NCBI GenBank assembly: GCA_902586485.1
Contig: CACIHO010000004.1
Coordinates: forward strand, 21,057-85,056
Direction: 5' to 3'
Source: an uncultured Pelagibacteraceae bacterium
GTDB taxonomy: Bacteria; Pseudomonadota; Alphaproteobacteria; Pelagibacterales; Pelagibacteraceae
DNA length: 64,000 nt
The notes beneath the pieces were generated by a model. The model worked only from the letters and a program-made list of their open reading frames with translations. It did not search any database and had not been told where the DNA came from. The translations under genes and the position numbers were made by a program. Positions 1-10,446 of the stretch are shown piece after piece; within the stretch, counting starts at the first letter, position 1; each line of letters begins with the position of its first letter.

Positions 1-1
1 T

Positions 2-220
2 TTAGTAAGGCCTAGGCAAACAGCAATTTATTTAACTAAAATTTTGACTTCTAAATCATTACCTGAAATTGGAAGAGAATTTTCTAACAGAGACCATACA
101 ACAATAATTCACTCAGTAAAAACTATTGAAAAGATAAAAGAAAAAGATTCTGAGATGGTTGATAATATAAATAAATTAAAAAATCAGATTTTATATTATA
201 ATAAAGATAATGAAATTTAA
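2..220 (+). CDS. dnaA: Chromosomal replication initiator DnaA, C-terminal fragment (5' end outside window)
   Basis: My translation of frame +2: [43 protein letters not shown]...NEI*. This is the DnaA domain IV signature (RPRQ, SLPEIG, RDHTT). TAA at 218-220 overlaps the dnaN start. Confidence 0.95.
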   Translation, partial: LVRPRQTAIYLTKILTSKSLPEIGREFSNRDHTTIIHSVKTIEKIKEKDSEMVDNINKLKNQILYYNKDNEI

Positions 221-1322
221 CGTTAACCAACAAGACCTTCAGCAAGCATTAAATTATTGCCAGGGAGTTATCGAAAAAAGAAGTACATTACCAATACTTT
301 CAAATATTTTGTTAGATGCAAGTAATTCAAAACTTACTATCACTGCAACTGATTTAGATTTAATATTTATACATCAATTAAACAATGTAGAAATTCTTGA
401 GGAGGGCAAAACTACCACAACATCCTCAATTATGTATGATATTATAAGAAAGTTTAACTCTGGAAAGAAAATAAATCTTTCTCTAACAGATATAAGTAAA
501 TTACAAGTAGAGTCTGAAAAATCAGTTTTTAATTTGAATTGTATAAGTGCAACCGAGTTTCCACTGACAGATGAAAATTTTAATCAAAATGAATTTATAA
601 TTAAATCAAAACAATTATTGAAATTATTAAATAAGTGTAAATTTTCAGTTTCTAATGATGAAACAAGGCATTACCTAAGTGGAATTTATTTTCATCAAAC
701 AGAAGTCGAAGATAAAAATTATTTAACCGCAGTTGCAACTGATAGTCATAGAATGTCTATTTCAAAAATTAGATTAGAGGAAAAAATTGATTTTGATCCA
801 ATAATTTTACCTAAAAAAACAATTTTTCAACTTTGTTCTTTATTAGATAGTTATGACGGAGATGTAAAAGTTTCAAATGTGAAATCAAAAATAAAATTTG
901 AATTAAATAATAGTATTTTAATTTCAAAACTTATTGATGGAAAATTTCCTAATTACATTCAAGTTATACCTAAAAACAATCAAAAAAAATTAGAAATAGA
1001 ATTAAAATTATTTTTAAATTCTGTTGATAGAGTAGCATCTGTTTCATTAGATAAAAAAGATGGTGTGAAATTTAATTTATCTAAAGACACTCTAGATCTT
1101 TCGGTAAATAATACCAACAGTGGTGATGGTAAAGAAACTTTAAATGTTAACTTTGATCATGAATTAGAGATAAGTTTCAACTCTAGATATTTGATTGATG
1201 TTGCCTCACAACTAGATGGAGACAAAGTTGAAATTTTCTTTAATGATACTGGTTCACCAGCACTAATAAAAGATCCAGGTGATTTTGATAGTATTTTTGT
1301 TGTTATGCCTATGAAGGGCTAA
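210..1322 (+). CDS. dnaN: DNA polymerase III beta sliding clamp
   Basis: 370 aa; TLPILSN, ATDLD, ATDSHR, GKFPNY and C-terminal VVMPMK motifs; directly downstream of dnaA. Confidence 0.97.
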   Translation: MKFNVNQQDLQQALNYCQGVIEKRSTLPILSNILLDASNSKLTITATDLDLIFIHQLNNVEILEEGKTTTTSSIMYDIIRKFNSGKKINLSLTDISKLQVESEKSVFNLNCISATEFPLTDENFNQNEFIIKSKQLLKLLNKCKFSVSNDETRHYLSGIYFHQTEVEDKNYLTAVATDSHRMSISKIRLEEKIDFDPIILPKKTIFQLCSLLDSYDGDVKVSNVKSKIKFELNNSILISKLIDGKFPNYIQVIPKNNQKKLEIELKLFLNSVDRVASVSLDKKDGVKFNLSKDTLDLSVNNTNSGDGKETLNVNFDHELEISFNSRYLIDVASQLDGDKVEIFFNDTGSPALIKDPGDFDSIFVVMPMKG

Positions 1323-2029
1323 TTAATTAAGTCTAACTCTGAATAAATATTTTTTTCAAGAATTTGAATAAAATTTTCTTTTGTTAACCCAGAGGGAATT
1401 GGTTTTAGAATAGAGATTGTAATCGTTTTATTTGATTTCTTTCCCCCTTTTTTAGGCCACACATATCCAGAATTAATTGCAACTGGCTGACAAGTAACAT
1501 TTAACTCCTCATAGATTCTAGAAGCACCTTTTTTGAAAGGTGGTCTTTCATTTGGAAGAACCCTAGTTCCTTGAGGAAAAATAATTAAAGGTCTATTAGA
1601 TTTAGCCATCATTTTTGAAATATCATCAAAAAAACCCAAGTTATCTTTTGTAACTTTGTTTCTTTTTATTGAAATTGATCCTATTTTTTTTAGGTACCAA
1701 CCAAAAATTGGAATTAACAATAATTCTTTTTTTAGAATAAATATAGGTGAGTTAAAGATTGTTTGTAAATAAAAAGTTTCAAACATTGATTGATGAGATG
1801 CTGCTATAAAAAATTTTTCATTATCGATAATATTTTCTCTTCCTTTGATTAAAATTTTTATTGAAAGAACAAACCTTAAACAAAAACTGGCCCAATGGCC
1901 CATTAATTTACCCCCCATCAAAACAACCTGTTTAGGCAAAAAAAATGATGGTAAAAAAATTATCGATATAAAGATGATTCCAGTGAAAAACAATATTGAA
2001 AATAAAAAATTTCTTATCATTTTTGTCAA
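1319..2029 (-). CDS. plsC: 1-acyl-sn-glycerol-3-phosphate acyltransferase (PlsC family)
   Basis: HQSMFE, KKEL..IP.FGW, IFPQGTR and PFKKG acyltransferase blocks; N-terminal hydrophobic helix. Confidence 0.85.
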   Translation of the reverse strand: MTKMIRNFLFSILFFTGIIFISIIFLPSFFLPKQVVLMGGKLMGHWASFCLRFVLSIKILIKGRENIIDNEKFFIAASHQSMFETFYLQTIFNSPIFILKKELLLIPIFGWYLKKIGSISIKRNKVTKDNLGFFDDISKMMAKSNRPLIIFPQGTRVLPNERPPFKKGASRIYEELNVTCQPVAINSGYVWPKKGGKKSNKTITISILKPIPSGLTKENFIQILEKNIYSELDLIN

Positions 2030-2032
2030 AAG

Positions 2033-3247
2033 CTAAATTATATCTTTATGCTTTTGTCTTTTTCTTATTACTTTAATTTTTGATCCTTTTATTAATAATT
2101 CTATTGGTTTTGGTCTTAAATTATAATTTGAGCTAAGTGACATTCCATAAGCTCCCACATCACATATTGCTATTAAATCTTTTTCTTTTAAAACTTGAAA
2201 CTTTTTTAATGTAACAAATTTATCTGTACTTTCACAAATAGGACCTACAAATTCATATGGTTTTTTAGATGTTTTGTTAGATTTTATAACAGGTAAGGTT
2301 TTATGAAATGCACCATACAATGCAGGTCTCATTAAATCGTTCATTGCAGCATCTAAAATGATGAATTTTTTACTCCCGCTATCTTTTATATAGATTATCT
2401 TTGACACTAATGTACCGGTATCGCCAATAATTGATCTACCTGGCTCAAATATAATTTTAACTTTATGTTTTTTTAAAAATTTAAGTATGGCTGTGTTATA
2501 TTTTTTATAATTAAGTTTTTTATTTTTATCAGTGTAAGTAATGCCCATACCTCCACCTAAATCTATAAATTCAAATTTATGATTTGTTTTATTGAGTATT
2601 TGACTCACCGCTTTAAGCATTTTTTCATAAGGTCTATGGTCTAAAATTTGACTGCCTATATGAACGCTTAGACATTTTAAATCAATATTTTTTGAATTTT
2701 TGCAATAATTTATAATTTCATAGAATGTATTTTTGTTTACACCAAATTTATTTTCTTTTTTCCCAGTGGATATTTGACTTAATGTTTTTGCATCTGTGTT
2801 GGGGTTTAGTCTTACACCAATTTTTATTCTTTTATTTTTTGATTTTGCTATTTGATTTATTTCTTTTATTTCACTTAAAGACTCAGCATTAATAAGTAAA
2901 ATTTTTTTATCAATAGCAAAGCTGATTTCACTCGTTGTTTTACCAACACCAGAAAATACTATTTTGCTTGGATTAATTCCTGCTTTTAGTGCCATCATCA
3001 ATTCTCCTACTGAAACTACATCAGCACCTAACCCAAATTTTTTAATTTCTTTTATTATATTAACATTTGTATTGGATTTAACTGCAAAGCAGATAAGTGG
3101 TGAAAAAGATCTGAAGTTTTTTTTAAAATTATTAATATTTTCTTTTAATTTAGAATAGGAGTAAGAATAAAATGGAGTTCCAAATTTATTGGCAATTTTT
3201 TTAAGATTAATTTTTTCTATTGTTAATTTTTTGTTTATGTATTTCAT
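2033..3247 (-). CDS. lysA: Diaminopimelate decarboxylase
   Basis: FAVKSN (PLP Lys), HIGSQ, DLGGG, EPGR, GPICES and GAYG motifs. Confidence 0.96.
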   Translation of the reverse strand: MKYINKKLTIEKINLKKIANKFGTPFYSYSYSKLKENINNFKKNFRSFSPLICFAVKSNTNVNIIKEIKKFGLGADVVSVGELMMALKAGINPSKIVFSGVGKTTSEISFAIDKKILLINAESLSEIKEINQIAKSKNKRIKIGVRLNPNTDAKTLSQISTGKKENKFGVNKNTFYEIINYCKNSKNIDLKCLSVHIGSQILDHRPYEKMLKAVSQILNKTNHKFEFIDLGGGMGITYTDKNKKLNYKKYNTAILKFLKKHKVKIIFEPGRSIIGDTGTLVSKIIYIKDSGSKKFIILDAAMNDLMRPALYGAFHKTLPVIKSNKTSKKPYEFVGPICESTDKFVTLKKFQVLKEKDLIAICDVGAYGMSLSSNYNLRPKPIELLIKGSKIKVIRKRQKHKDII

Positions 3248-3378
3248 TAAGCCAAGATAACTGAAACTTCTTTTATTTCTGCTTTTTTATCTGGATCTAC
3301 GTATTTAGGATCACCTTTCTTTCCGCAAGAAATAACAGCACAAAATAACAATATAATTATAATAAATTTTTTAATCAT
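3247..3378 (-). CDS. lptM: Small lipoprotein, LptM/YifL-like (43 aa; not in ORF track)
   Basis: My translation: MIKKFIIIILLFCAVISCGKKGDPKYVDPDKKAEIKEVSVILA*. Signal peptide, lipobox VISC and CGxKG motif. Overlaps argH stop and lysA start (TAATG). Confidence 0.75.
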   Translation of the reverse strand: MIKKFIIIILLFCAVISCGKKGDPKYVDPDKKAEIKEVSVILA

Positions 3379-4765
3379 TTTTTTTTTTATATTTCATTAT
3401 CATTTTTTTAATATTATCAAAAGAAGTTCCGCCATAAGATTTTTTTGAATTAATTGAATTTTTTAAATTAAATACTTTTAATACGTCCTCTTTAAGTTTA
3501 GGTTCAATTTTTCTTAATTCCTCTAAAGTCAACTCATTTAATTTTTTGTTTCTTTTTTCAGCAAAATTAACTACAGCTGCAGTTTTTTGATATGCTTTTC
3601 TAAAAGACATTGAGTGATTTTTTACAAGATAGTCAGCTAAATCAGTTGCTGTTGTGTATCCAGAATTAGCAAGTTCTAACATTTTACTCTTATTTGGGTT
3701 ACAATTTTTTAGTATTTCATCAAAAATTTTTAAACAATTATTTAAATTGTCATTAGATTTAAAAACAATCTCTTTGTCGTCTTGCAAATCTTTAAAATAA
3801 GACAATGGCAAGCCTTTTAAAATTGTTAGCATCGATAACAAATTTCCATAAGCGCTTCCTGTTTTTCCTCGCAAGTACTCAAGAAGATCAGGATTCTTTT
3901 TTTGTGGCATTATTGAGGATCCAGTAACAACTTTGTCAGATAAATTGATCAAGTTAAAACCATCAGAATTCCAAATAATTAAATCTTCAGCGATTCTAGA
4001 AATATGCATAGCACACACAGATGAAGCGTATAAAAAATCCAATACAAAATCTCTATCCGAAACTGTATCAATAGAATTATTTGTGGGTATTTTAAAACCA
4101 AGTTTTCTGGTTGTATAATTTCTATCTATATTAAATGATGTTCCTGCTAATGCCGCAACACCCAACGGATTTTCGTTTAAACTGTTTAAATTATTTGAAA
4201 ATCTTTTTTTATCTCTATTAAACATTTCTACATAAGACATTAAATAATGTGCAAAAGAGATAGCCTGGGCATTTTTGAGATGTGTAAATCCAGGCATAAT
4301 AGTCTCAATATTTTTTTCAGCTAATTTGATTGTGCTCATAATAACTTTATTAATATTATTATTTATTTCGTTAGTTGAATTTTTCATCCAAATTTTAAAA
4401 TCAGTAATTACTTGATCATTTCTTGATCTTCCAGTGTGAACATATCCAGCTTCTTCACCTATAATTTGAAAAAGTCTCTTTTCTATATTCATATGAATAT
4501 CTTCATATTTTTTATTAAACTCAAATTTATTGTTTGTGATTTCCTTATCAATTTTTGCTAGTCCATAAACAATTTTATTTTTTATTTTAAATGAAATTAT
4601 TTTTTGTTTAAAAAGCATTTCAACATGAGCAATTGATCCCTGAATATCTTCTTTATAAAGTCTTTTATCAATATCTATTGAATTACCAACTTTTTGAAAC
4701 AAACTTGACACATTTTTTTTTATCCTTGTGTTCCATATTGCTTGGTTGTTTTTATTTTTTGTCAT
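3371..4765 (-). CDS. argH: Argininosuccinate lyase
   Basis: EDIH, HTGRSRNDQ, PGFTHL and GSSIMPQKKNPD motifs. Confidence 0.97.
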   Translation of the reverse strand: MTKNKNNQAIWNTRIKKNVSSLFQKVGNSIDIDKRLYKEDIQGSIAHVEMLFKQKIISFKIKNKIVYGLAKIDKEITNNKFEFNKKYEDIHMNIEKRLFQIIGEEAGYVHTGRSRNDQVITDFKIWMKNSTNEINNNINKVIMSTIKLAEKNIETIMPGFTHLKNAQAISFAHYLMSYVEMFNRDKKRFSNNLNSLNENPLGVAALAGTSFNIDRNYTTRKLGFKIPTNNSIDTVSDRDFVLDFLYASSVCAMHISRIAEDLIIWNSDGFNLINLSDKVVTGSSIMPQKKNPDLLEYLRGKTGSAYGNLLSMLTILKGLPLSYFKDLQDDKEIVFKSNDNLNNCLKIFDEILKNCNPNKSKMLELANSGYTTATDLADYLVKNHSMSFRKAYQKTAAVVNFAEKRNKKLNELTLEELRKIEPKLKEDVLKVFNLKNSINSKKSYGGTSFDNIKKMIMKYKKKND

Positions 4766-4789
4766 GATATTTAATTATACCTATTTAAC

Positions 4790-5299
4790 ATGAGATTTTT
4801 AATAATATTTATTTTTTTGATAACAAATGTTGTAGCTGAAGAACTACCTGGAATTAAAAATATTGTTATCCATAAAGCACCAAAAACATATGATAATGTT
4901 ATTTTTTTAGACAAAAAAGATCAAAAAATTAATATCAATGAATATAGAGGCAACTTATTGGTATTAAACTTTTGGGCAACTTGGTGTGAACCTTGTAAAG
5001 AAGAAATGCCATTGTTAGACAAACTTCAAGCTAATCCAGAATTGGATAAAATTAAAATTTTTGCAATCAATATTGGTAAAGAAAATTCAGACAAAGTTAA
5101 TAAATTTTTTAAAGATTTTAATATCAAAAATTTCGAACCTTATTTTGATCCACCTACTACATTAGCAAAAATGTTTTCTTTAAGAGGTATCCCTACATCA
5201 ATTCTTTTAAATAAAGAGGGTCAAGAATTTGCTAGGATAATAGGTTCAATTGATTTTGAGGATAAAAATTTTGTTAGTTGGATAAAAAAATATAACTAA
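4790..5299 (+). CDS. TlpA/ResA-like thiol:disulfide oxidoreductase
   Basis: Signal peptide, LNFWATWCEPC (CxxC) and cis-Pro GIPT motif. Confidence 0.88.
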   Translation: MRFLIIFIFLITNVVAEELPGIKNIVIHKAPKTYDNVIFLDKKDQKININEYRGNLLVLNFWATWCEPCKEEMPLLDKLQANPELDKIKIFAINIGKENSDKVNKFFKDFNIKNFEPYFDPPTTLAKMFSLRGIPTSILLNKEGQEFARIIGSIDFEDKNFVSWIKKYN

Positions 5300-5499
5300 T
5301 TTTTAAAGAAATAAGCGAAGCCAACTAAAGCAATAATAGCAATAAACTGTAAAATAACTCTTAACTGCATTAATTTATTTGAATATTTCTTACTTGTCTC
5401 TCCTCCCTTAAAAAGAGTCCCTATACCTAAGATTAAAACTACTCCAACAGCTATCAGAAGAGCAATTGATAAAACTTTTACTAATATTCCTGAAATCAT
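5296..5499 (-). CDS. Twin-transmembrane small protein (HIG1 domain family)
   Basis: Likely start ATG at 5499 (MISGILVK..., 67 aa). Two hydrophobic helices flank SNKLMQLRV.LQ, typical of HIG1-like proteins. Confidence 0.8.
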   Translation of the reverse strand: MISGILVKVLSIALLIAVGVVLILGIGTLFKGGETSKKYSNKLMQLRVILQFIAIIALVGFAYFFKN

Positions 5500-5548
5500 T
5501 TTTTTATTATAGATTGTGTTTTGACATAAAAAACATAATTTATCTACT

Positions 5549-6214
5549 ATGACATTTTGCCTAGATTCAATAATTATTAAACCTGAAAATGGTACTGAAA
5601 TCAAAAATGCAGTTATTTTGCTTCATGGTTATGGAGGTGATGGAAAGGATATAAGCATGCTTTCCTTAAACTGGAAAAGACATATGCCTAATACAATCTT
5701 TATTTGTCCTAATGGTCACGAACCTTGCGCTATAAATCCTTCAGGTTACCAGTGGTTTGATTTAACTAAAGAGGACTCTGATTATATATTAGAGCAATCA
5801 ATTAAAGCTGAAGAAGTTATAAAAAAATTTATTAATGAAATAAAACAAGAGTTTAAGTTATCAAATAATCAAATCTGTTTATCAGGATTTAGTCAGGGCT
5901 GTATGATGTCTTTAAATGTTGGTCTTACATCTGAAGAAAAATTTTTATGTATAGTTGGTTTTTCTGGAAAAATAATTAATCAAAAAGATTTGAAAAAAAG
6001 AATCAAAAATAATACTGAAACATTACTCATACATGGTGAAGCAGATCAAATTGTCTCATCAACACATTTACTAGAAGCAAAGGATTTTTTAATTAGAAAT
6101 AATGTTAAAGTTGATACATTATTAATAAAAAATTGCGATCATCATATTCCTATTGAAGCATCAAGTACAGCTTTAAATTTTATCTTAAAAAAATTTAACA
6201 TCTCTTATTATTGA
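5549..6214 (+). CDS. Phospholipase/carboxylesterase (alpha/beta hydrolase)
   Basis: LLHGYG, GFSQG nucleophile elbow, HGEADQIV and catalytic His region. Confidence 0.88.
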   Translation: MTFCLDSIIIKPENGTEIKNAVILLHGYGGDGKDISMLSLNWKRHMPNTIFICPNGHEPCAINPSGYQWFDLTKEDSDYILEQSIKAEEVIKKFINEIKQEFKLSNNQICLSGFSQGCMMSLNVGLTSEEKFLCIVGFSGKIINQKDLKKRIKNNTETLLIHGEADQIVSSTHLLEAKDFLIRNNVKVDTLLIKNCDHHIPIEASSTALNFILKKFNISYY

Positions 6215-6246
6215 TAAATTTGTTTAACTAAGTTAAAATTAGGTCA

Positions 6247-6816
6247 ATGAATAACTTTATTGAACAAAATGTTTCATTAGAAAAGTGTCCAGCATTAGTA
6301 CTTAATGCTGACTACAGACCTTTGAGTTATTACCCTTTATCTTTATGGTCATGGCAAGATACAGTTAAATCAGTTTTTCTTGATCGAGTTATTATTGTCA
6401 GTAATTATGATAGAATTATAAGAAGTCCATCTTTTAATATGAAATTGCCAAGTGTCATTGCATTAAAAGATTATATTGTTCCTCAAAGCAAGCCAAGTTT
6501 TACTAGATTTAACGTGTTTCTAAGAGATAAATTTTCCTGTCAATATTGTGGAAGTAATGAGGAGTTAACTTTTGATCATTTATTGCCTAGATCAAAGGGG
6601 GGCGAAACTAATTGGGATAATGTCGTAACAGCTTGTTCTGCATGTAATGTAAAAAAGGGAGGAAAATTATTAAAACATTCAGGTATGAAATTATATCAGT
6701 ACCCTTATCGACCTTCTACAGAGGATCTACATAAAAATGGTAAAAATTTTCCACCAAATTTCTTACATAAAAGCTGGATGGATTATCTATATTGGGATGT
6801 AGAGTTAGAGGCTTAA
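6247..6816 (+). CDS. HNH endonuclease family protein
   Basis: LVLNADYRPL N-terminus; RD..SCQYCG, TFDHLLPRSKGG..W.N.V.AC..CN Zn/HNH motif. Confidence 0.9.
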   Translation: MNNFIEQNVSLEKCPALVLNADYRPLSYYPLSLWSWQDTVKSVFLDRVIIVSNYDRIIRSPSFNMKLPSVIALKDYIVPQSKPSFTRFNVFLRDKFSCQYCGSNEELTFDHLLPRSKGGETNWDNVVTACSACNVKKGGKLLKHSGMKLYQYPYRPSTEDLHKNGKNFPPNFLHKSWMDYLYWDVELEA

Positions 6817-7346
6817 ATTTTCTCAGAGATATTTATTGCAATTCTAGAGCCAGTTTTAATAATTTTATCTAGCAATAAATAGGGCCCTTTTTTTGTTGCA
6901 CCTTCATCATATGCAATATCCTTGTGGTCTATTTCATCTTGTCTAAATTTTGAAATCTTTTTTTTTAAATCTTTCTCACTCTTATCCAGCTGGTTAATTT
7001 GATTTAAGTAATGTTCATCTATAACTTCTTCAACAGAGGCAGTACATAACATTGCGGCTTTTTTTCCAAGTAAAGTTGATCCAAATCCTAGTCCAACACC
7101 TAATAAATCCCACAAAGGTAAAAATTTAGTTGGTTGTATATTTCTTTTTTTAATTTCATTCTCAAAAAATTCACAGTGTTCTTTTTCATGAACTTTCATT
7201 TCCTCAATAGTTTTTTTTAGATTTTCATCTTTTACAAAAGTATTTAAAGCTAGCAATTGCCCTTCGTAAATCTTAACAGCCCCACGTTCACCTGCGTGGT
7301 CAACTCTTATGAATTCTTCAACTCTTTTTTTATTAATTTTTGTCAT
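6813..7346 (-). CDS. coq7: Demethoxyubiquinone hydroxylase (Coq7 family di-iron protein)
   Basis: RVDHAGERGA..IY.GQ, E..H, VEEVI..HY and DE..H di-iron motifs. Confidence 0.9.
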   Translation of the reverse strand: MTKINKKRVEEFIRVDHAGERGAVKIYEGQLLALNTFVKDENLKKTIEEMKVHEKEHCEFFENEIKKRNIQPTKFLPLWDLLGVGLGFGSTLLGKKAAMLCTASVEEVIDEHYLNQINQLDKSEKDLKKKISKFRQDEIDHKDIAYDEGATKKGPYLLLDKIIKTGSRIAINISEKI

Positions 7347-7815
7347 AGTTTAAATAAATCCTTGCACTACTTATAGTTATTAGCAAAGAAATTAAAATAT
7401 TATAACTTGTAAGTGATAATCCCATAATTTTAAATGTCACATCTTTGCAGCTAGTATTATTTTCTTGTAATTGTTTCAATATGTCCTCTTTAGATATTAA
7501 ATCTGACCCTTTTTTTAAATCACAAACTAATGATTCCTCAATGAAACCTTGCTCAATACCTAGATGATATAAAGATAAAATTGTAGCAGATAAAAAAACT
7601 AAGATAAGCAAAAGTATAAAATATTTTTCAAGATGAATAAATTTATAATTTAGTACAATAATTATTGTAGCCATTAAGTATGGAATTCTCTCTAAAATAC
7701 ATAAGTTACAAGGTTGATGACCTAAAACATATTCAATAAAAAATGCCGAGGATAAAGCAATAATGCTGATTAAAAAAATTAATTTTAAGGTAATTGTTTT
7801 GTTAATCTCAACCAT
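7333..7815 (-). CDS. dsbB: Disulfide bond formation protein B family
   Basis: Four TM helices, PCNLCILER motif and second Cys pair. Confidence 0.85.
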   Translation of the reverse strand: MVEINKTITLKLIFLISIIALSSAFFIEYVLGHQPCNLCILERIPYLMATIIIVLNYKFIHLEKYFILLLILVFLSATILSLYHLGIEQGFIEESLVCDLKKGSDLISKEDILKQLQENNTSCKDVTFKIMGLSLTSYNILISLLITISSARIYLNYDKN

Positions 7816-8413
7816 TAAATTTAAAAAATAAATAAATAATAATAAATATTATAACTATAATAATTCCAATGATGGTGAACCATTTTGATCCATGTTTTTC
7901 CATGTACTCTGTAAATAATTCTCCAAATTTATAAGATAAAAAGGCAACTATAAAAAATCTCAGGCTTCTTGAAATCAAGCTAACAATTATAAAGACAGGA
8001 AGATTAAAAGCAATTAAACCACTTGAAATCGTAAAGGCTTTATAAGGTAATGGTGTAAACCCAGCTAAAAAAAGAATACTCAGCCATGCGAGGAACCCAC
8101 CACCTTGGGACATGCTGAATTTTAAATTTTCAACTTTATCTTGATATCCATAAAATTCGATTACATACATTGCTAAATCAAAAAATAGATACCCAATTAA
8201 ATACCCAAAAATTCCACCAAGGACTGAAAATATGGATGCTATTAAAAATATTTTCAAATATTTCTTTTTTTTAGCAATAACCATTGGAATTATCATTGCA
8301 TCTGGAGGTATAGGAAAAAAAGAACTTTCTATAAAAGATACAAGCCCTAAATAAAAATTCGAACTTTTATGCGCAGCTAATTCTAAACATTTTTTGTAAA
8401 GTGTCTGAAACAT
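7808..8413 (-). CDS. YqaA/DedA (VTT domain) membrane protein
   Basis: SFIESSFFPIPPD, GGIFGY.IG and GFTPLPYK motifs. Confidence 0.85.
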   Translation of the reverse strand: MFQTLYKKCLELAAHKSSNFYLGLVSFIESSFFPIPPDAMIIPMVIAKKKKYLKIFLIASIFSVLGGIFGYLIGYLFFDLAMYVIEFYGYQDKVENLKFSMSQGGGFLAWLSILFLAGFTPLPYKAFTISSGLIAFNLPVFIIVSLISRSLRFFIVAFLSYKFGELFTEYMEKHGSKWFTIIGIIIVIIFIIIYLFFKFNG

Positions 8414-8474
8414 TTTTTGGTTTTAATATAAATTTAGTTCTTATACTATTAAATATAATTTAATTGAATACCAA

Positions 8475-8559
8475 GGGCGAATGGCGGAACTGGTAGACGC
8501 GCACGACTCAAAATCGTGTTTCGCAAGAAGTGAGAGTTCGATTCTCTCTTCGCCCACCA
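8475..8559 (+). tRNA. tRNA-Leu (CAA)
   Basis: Acceptor GGGCGAA/TTCGCCC, anticodon arm CACGA-CTCAAAA-TCGTG, long variable arm, TTCGA T-loop, encoded CCA. Confidence 0.97.
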
Positions 8560-8566
8560 AGAAACT

Positions 8567-10297
8567 ATGAATTTAGATAATTTAAATAATTTGATCGAAT
8601 TATTTGCAAATCAAGCAAATAAACAAAATAAAAGAGATATTTTTATAGAATGGTTAAACCCAACTAATAAAAAAAAATACACATGGGAACAAACTGAAAA
8701 GAATATTTTAAAATTATCAAAAGTTATTAAAGAAAATATAGAAGAAGGCGATAGATGTCTTTTAGTTTCGGAGAATAGACCTGAGTGGTTTGTTTCTGAT
8801 TTAGCTATAATGTTAGCTGGTGGGATTACAGTTCCAGCATATACAACTTATATTGAAGATGATTATAAGTATTTAATAGAAGATTGTGAACCTAGCTTAG
8901 TTATTGTTTCAAATAATGAAATGCTACAAAAATTAAATAATATAATTAATAAAAAAAACTTTATTAAAAAAGTTATAACTTTAGATGAAATAACTAAGGT
9001 AACAAATAATTTAAGTTTAAATAACAAAGAAAAATATTTAGATTATAATTCTATTTTAAAGAATAATTTATCAGAGGAAGATAAAATCGAAAATAATAAA
9101 TTAAATAGAAAGTCTCCAGCATGTATAATTTATACTTCAGGAACCGGAGGAAATCCTAAGGGTGTAATTTTAAGTCACGGTGGAATTTTAAATAATGTTG
9201 TTGGATCGTGTGAAATTACAAAACCATTATTTAATTCAAGACCAGTATTTTTAACTTGGCTTCCGCTTTCTCATTCTTATGAGCACTGTCTTCAATTTGT
9301 ACAGATAGCAGTAGGAGCTAGAGTATTCTATGCTGAAAAAATTGAAAAACTTTTAGAAAATATATCTGAAGCGAAGCCTACAATTATGGCAGCTGTCCCT
9401 AGGTTTTACCAAAACCTTTACAACAAAATAAACATGAATTTAAAAAAACAAACGGGTTTTAAAGCAAAATTAATTCAAGCAACTCTTCGTCTGGGAAGAA
9501 AAAAACTATTAAATCAAAAAATGACTTTTTATGAAAAATTGGTGGATTTTATAGTTGATAAATTAGTTAGAAAGAAAATAAAAAAACAGTTTGGTGGAAA
9601 TTTAAAAGCTTTCGTTTCAGGTGGCGGTGCTTTAGATAAAGAAATAGGTGAATTTTTAAATGCTATAGGATTACCGACACTTCAAGGATACGGCTTAACA
9701 GAAACATCACCAGTAGTAAGTTGCAATCCAATACATAAAATTAAAGTGGAAACTGTAGGACCTCCATTTAAAGGAAATGAAGTTAAAATTGCAGAAGACG
9801 GAGAAATTTTAGTTAAAGGCGAAAATGTAATGTTAGGATATTGGAATAAAAAAGATGAAACTGAGAAAGTAATTATAAATGGATGGCTTCATACTGGTGA
9901 TATTGGAGAAATAGATCCGGATGATGGTTATTTAAAAATTACTGATAGAAAAAAAGATATTATAGTAAGTGCTGGAGGAGATAATATTTCACCAGCCAAA
10001 ATTGAAAATATGATTACAAATGAGCCTGAGATAGATCAATGCATGGTTTATGGTGATAAAAAAAATTATTTAGTTGCTTTAATTGTGCCTAATAAAGATT
10101 TTTTAAACGAAAAAGAAAAAATAAATAAAGTAATTGAAAAAATAAACGCAAAATTAACTTTATTAGAAAAGATAAAAAGAATTCAATTAATAGATGAAAA
10201 TTTTTCTATTGAAAATGGTTTAATGACACCGACAATGAAAGTAAAAAGAAAAAAAGTTACTGAAAAATATAAAAATCAGCTAGAAAATCTTTATTAA
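8567..10297 (+). CDS. Long-chain fatty acid-CoA ligase (AMP-binding)
   Basis: IIYTSGTGGNPKG, GYGLTET, GWLHTGDIG and ITDRKKD motifs. Confidence 0.9.
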   Translation: MNLDNLNNLIELFANQANKQNKRDIFIEWLNPTNKKKYTWEQTEKNILKLSKVIKENIEEGDRCLLVSENRPEWFVSDLAIMLAGGITVPAYTTYIEDDYKYLIEDCEPSLVIVSNNEMLQKLNNIINKKNFIKKVITLDEITKVTNNLSLNNKEKYLDYNSILKNNLSEEDKIENNKLNRKSPACIIYTSGTGGNPKGVILSHGGILNNVVGSCEITKPLFNSRPVFLTWLPLSHSYEHCLQFVQIAVGARVFYAEKIEKLLENISEAKPTIMAAVPRFYQNLYNKINMNLKKQTGFKAKLIQATLRLGRKKLLNQKMTFYEKLVDFIVDKLVRKKIKKQFGGNLKAFVSGGGALDKEIGEFLNAIGLPTLQGYGLTETSPVVSCNPIHKIKVETVGPPFKGNEVKIAEDGEILVKGENVMLGYWNKKDETEKVIINGWLHTGDIGEIDPDDGYLKITDRKKDIIVSAGGDNISPAKIENMITNEPEIDQCMVYGDKKNYLVALIVPNKDFLNEKEKINKVIEKINAKLTLLEKIKRIQLIDENFSIENGLMTPTMKVKRKKVTEKYKNQLENLY

Positions 10298-10417
10298 ATT
10301 AATTAAATAAAATTGTTTATTAGCCGCATAAACATTAACTAAATTAATAAAAAAAAGTTTTACAAAAAATAAAAAATTAAAATTAATTTTTATAAAATTT
10401 AACTTTTAATTAAAGAA

Positions 10418-10446
10418 TTGACATAACTTATAGAAAAAAATAAAAA
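10418..10446 (+). promoter_or_regulatory. Putative sigma70 promoter for the Lys-rich peptide gene
   Basis: Perfect TTGACA (10418-10423), 17-bp spacer, TAAAAA (-10 lacking T-7); AT-rich upstream region. Confidence 0.6.

Noticed and set aside
210-1322. Absence of recF/gyrB after dnaA-dnaN
   Set aside because: Break-up of this cluster is common in alphaproteobacteria and is not novel.
5500-5604. Extended N-termini given by the ORF track for the HIG1-like gene (also carD, J-domain, aroK and the 56732 ORF)
   Set aside because: They overlap neighbouring genes or precede the family N-terminus; downstream ATGs fit better.
6247-6816. HNH endonuclease as a mobile or homing element or defence gene
   Set aside because: No intron, flanking repeats, methylase or compositional anomaly. 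It resembles the chromosomal HNH family commonly found beside this esterase in alphaproteobacteria.
10298-10417. AT-rich spacer as oriC, or TTAA-N7-TTAA (10399-10413) as a CtrA box
   Set aside because: I found no TTATCCACA-type DnaA boxes. The motif arises easily by chance in such AT-rich DNA, and Pelagibacter is reported to lack CtrA. More simply an UP-element region.
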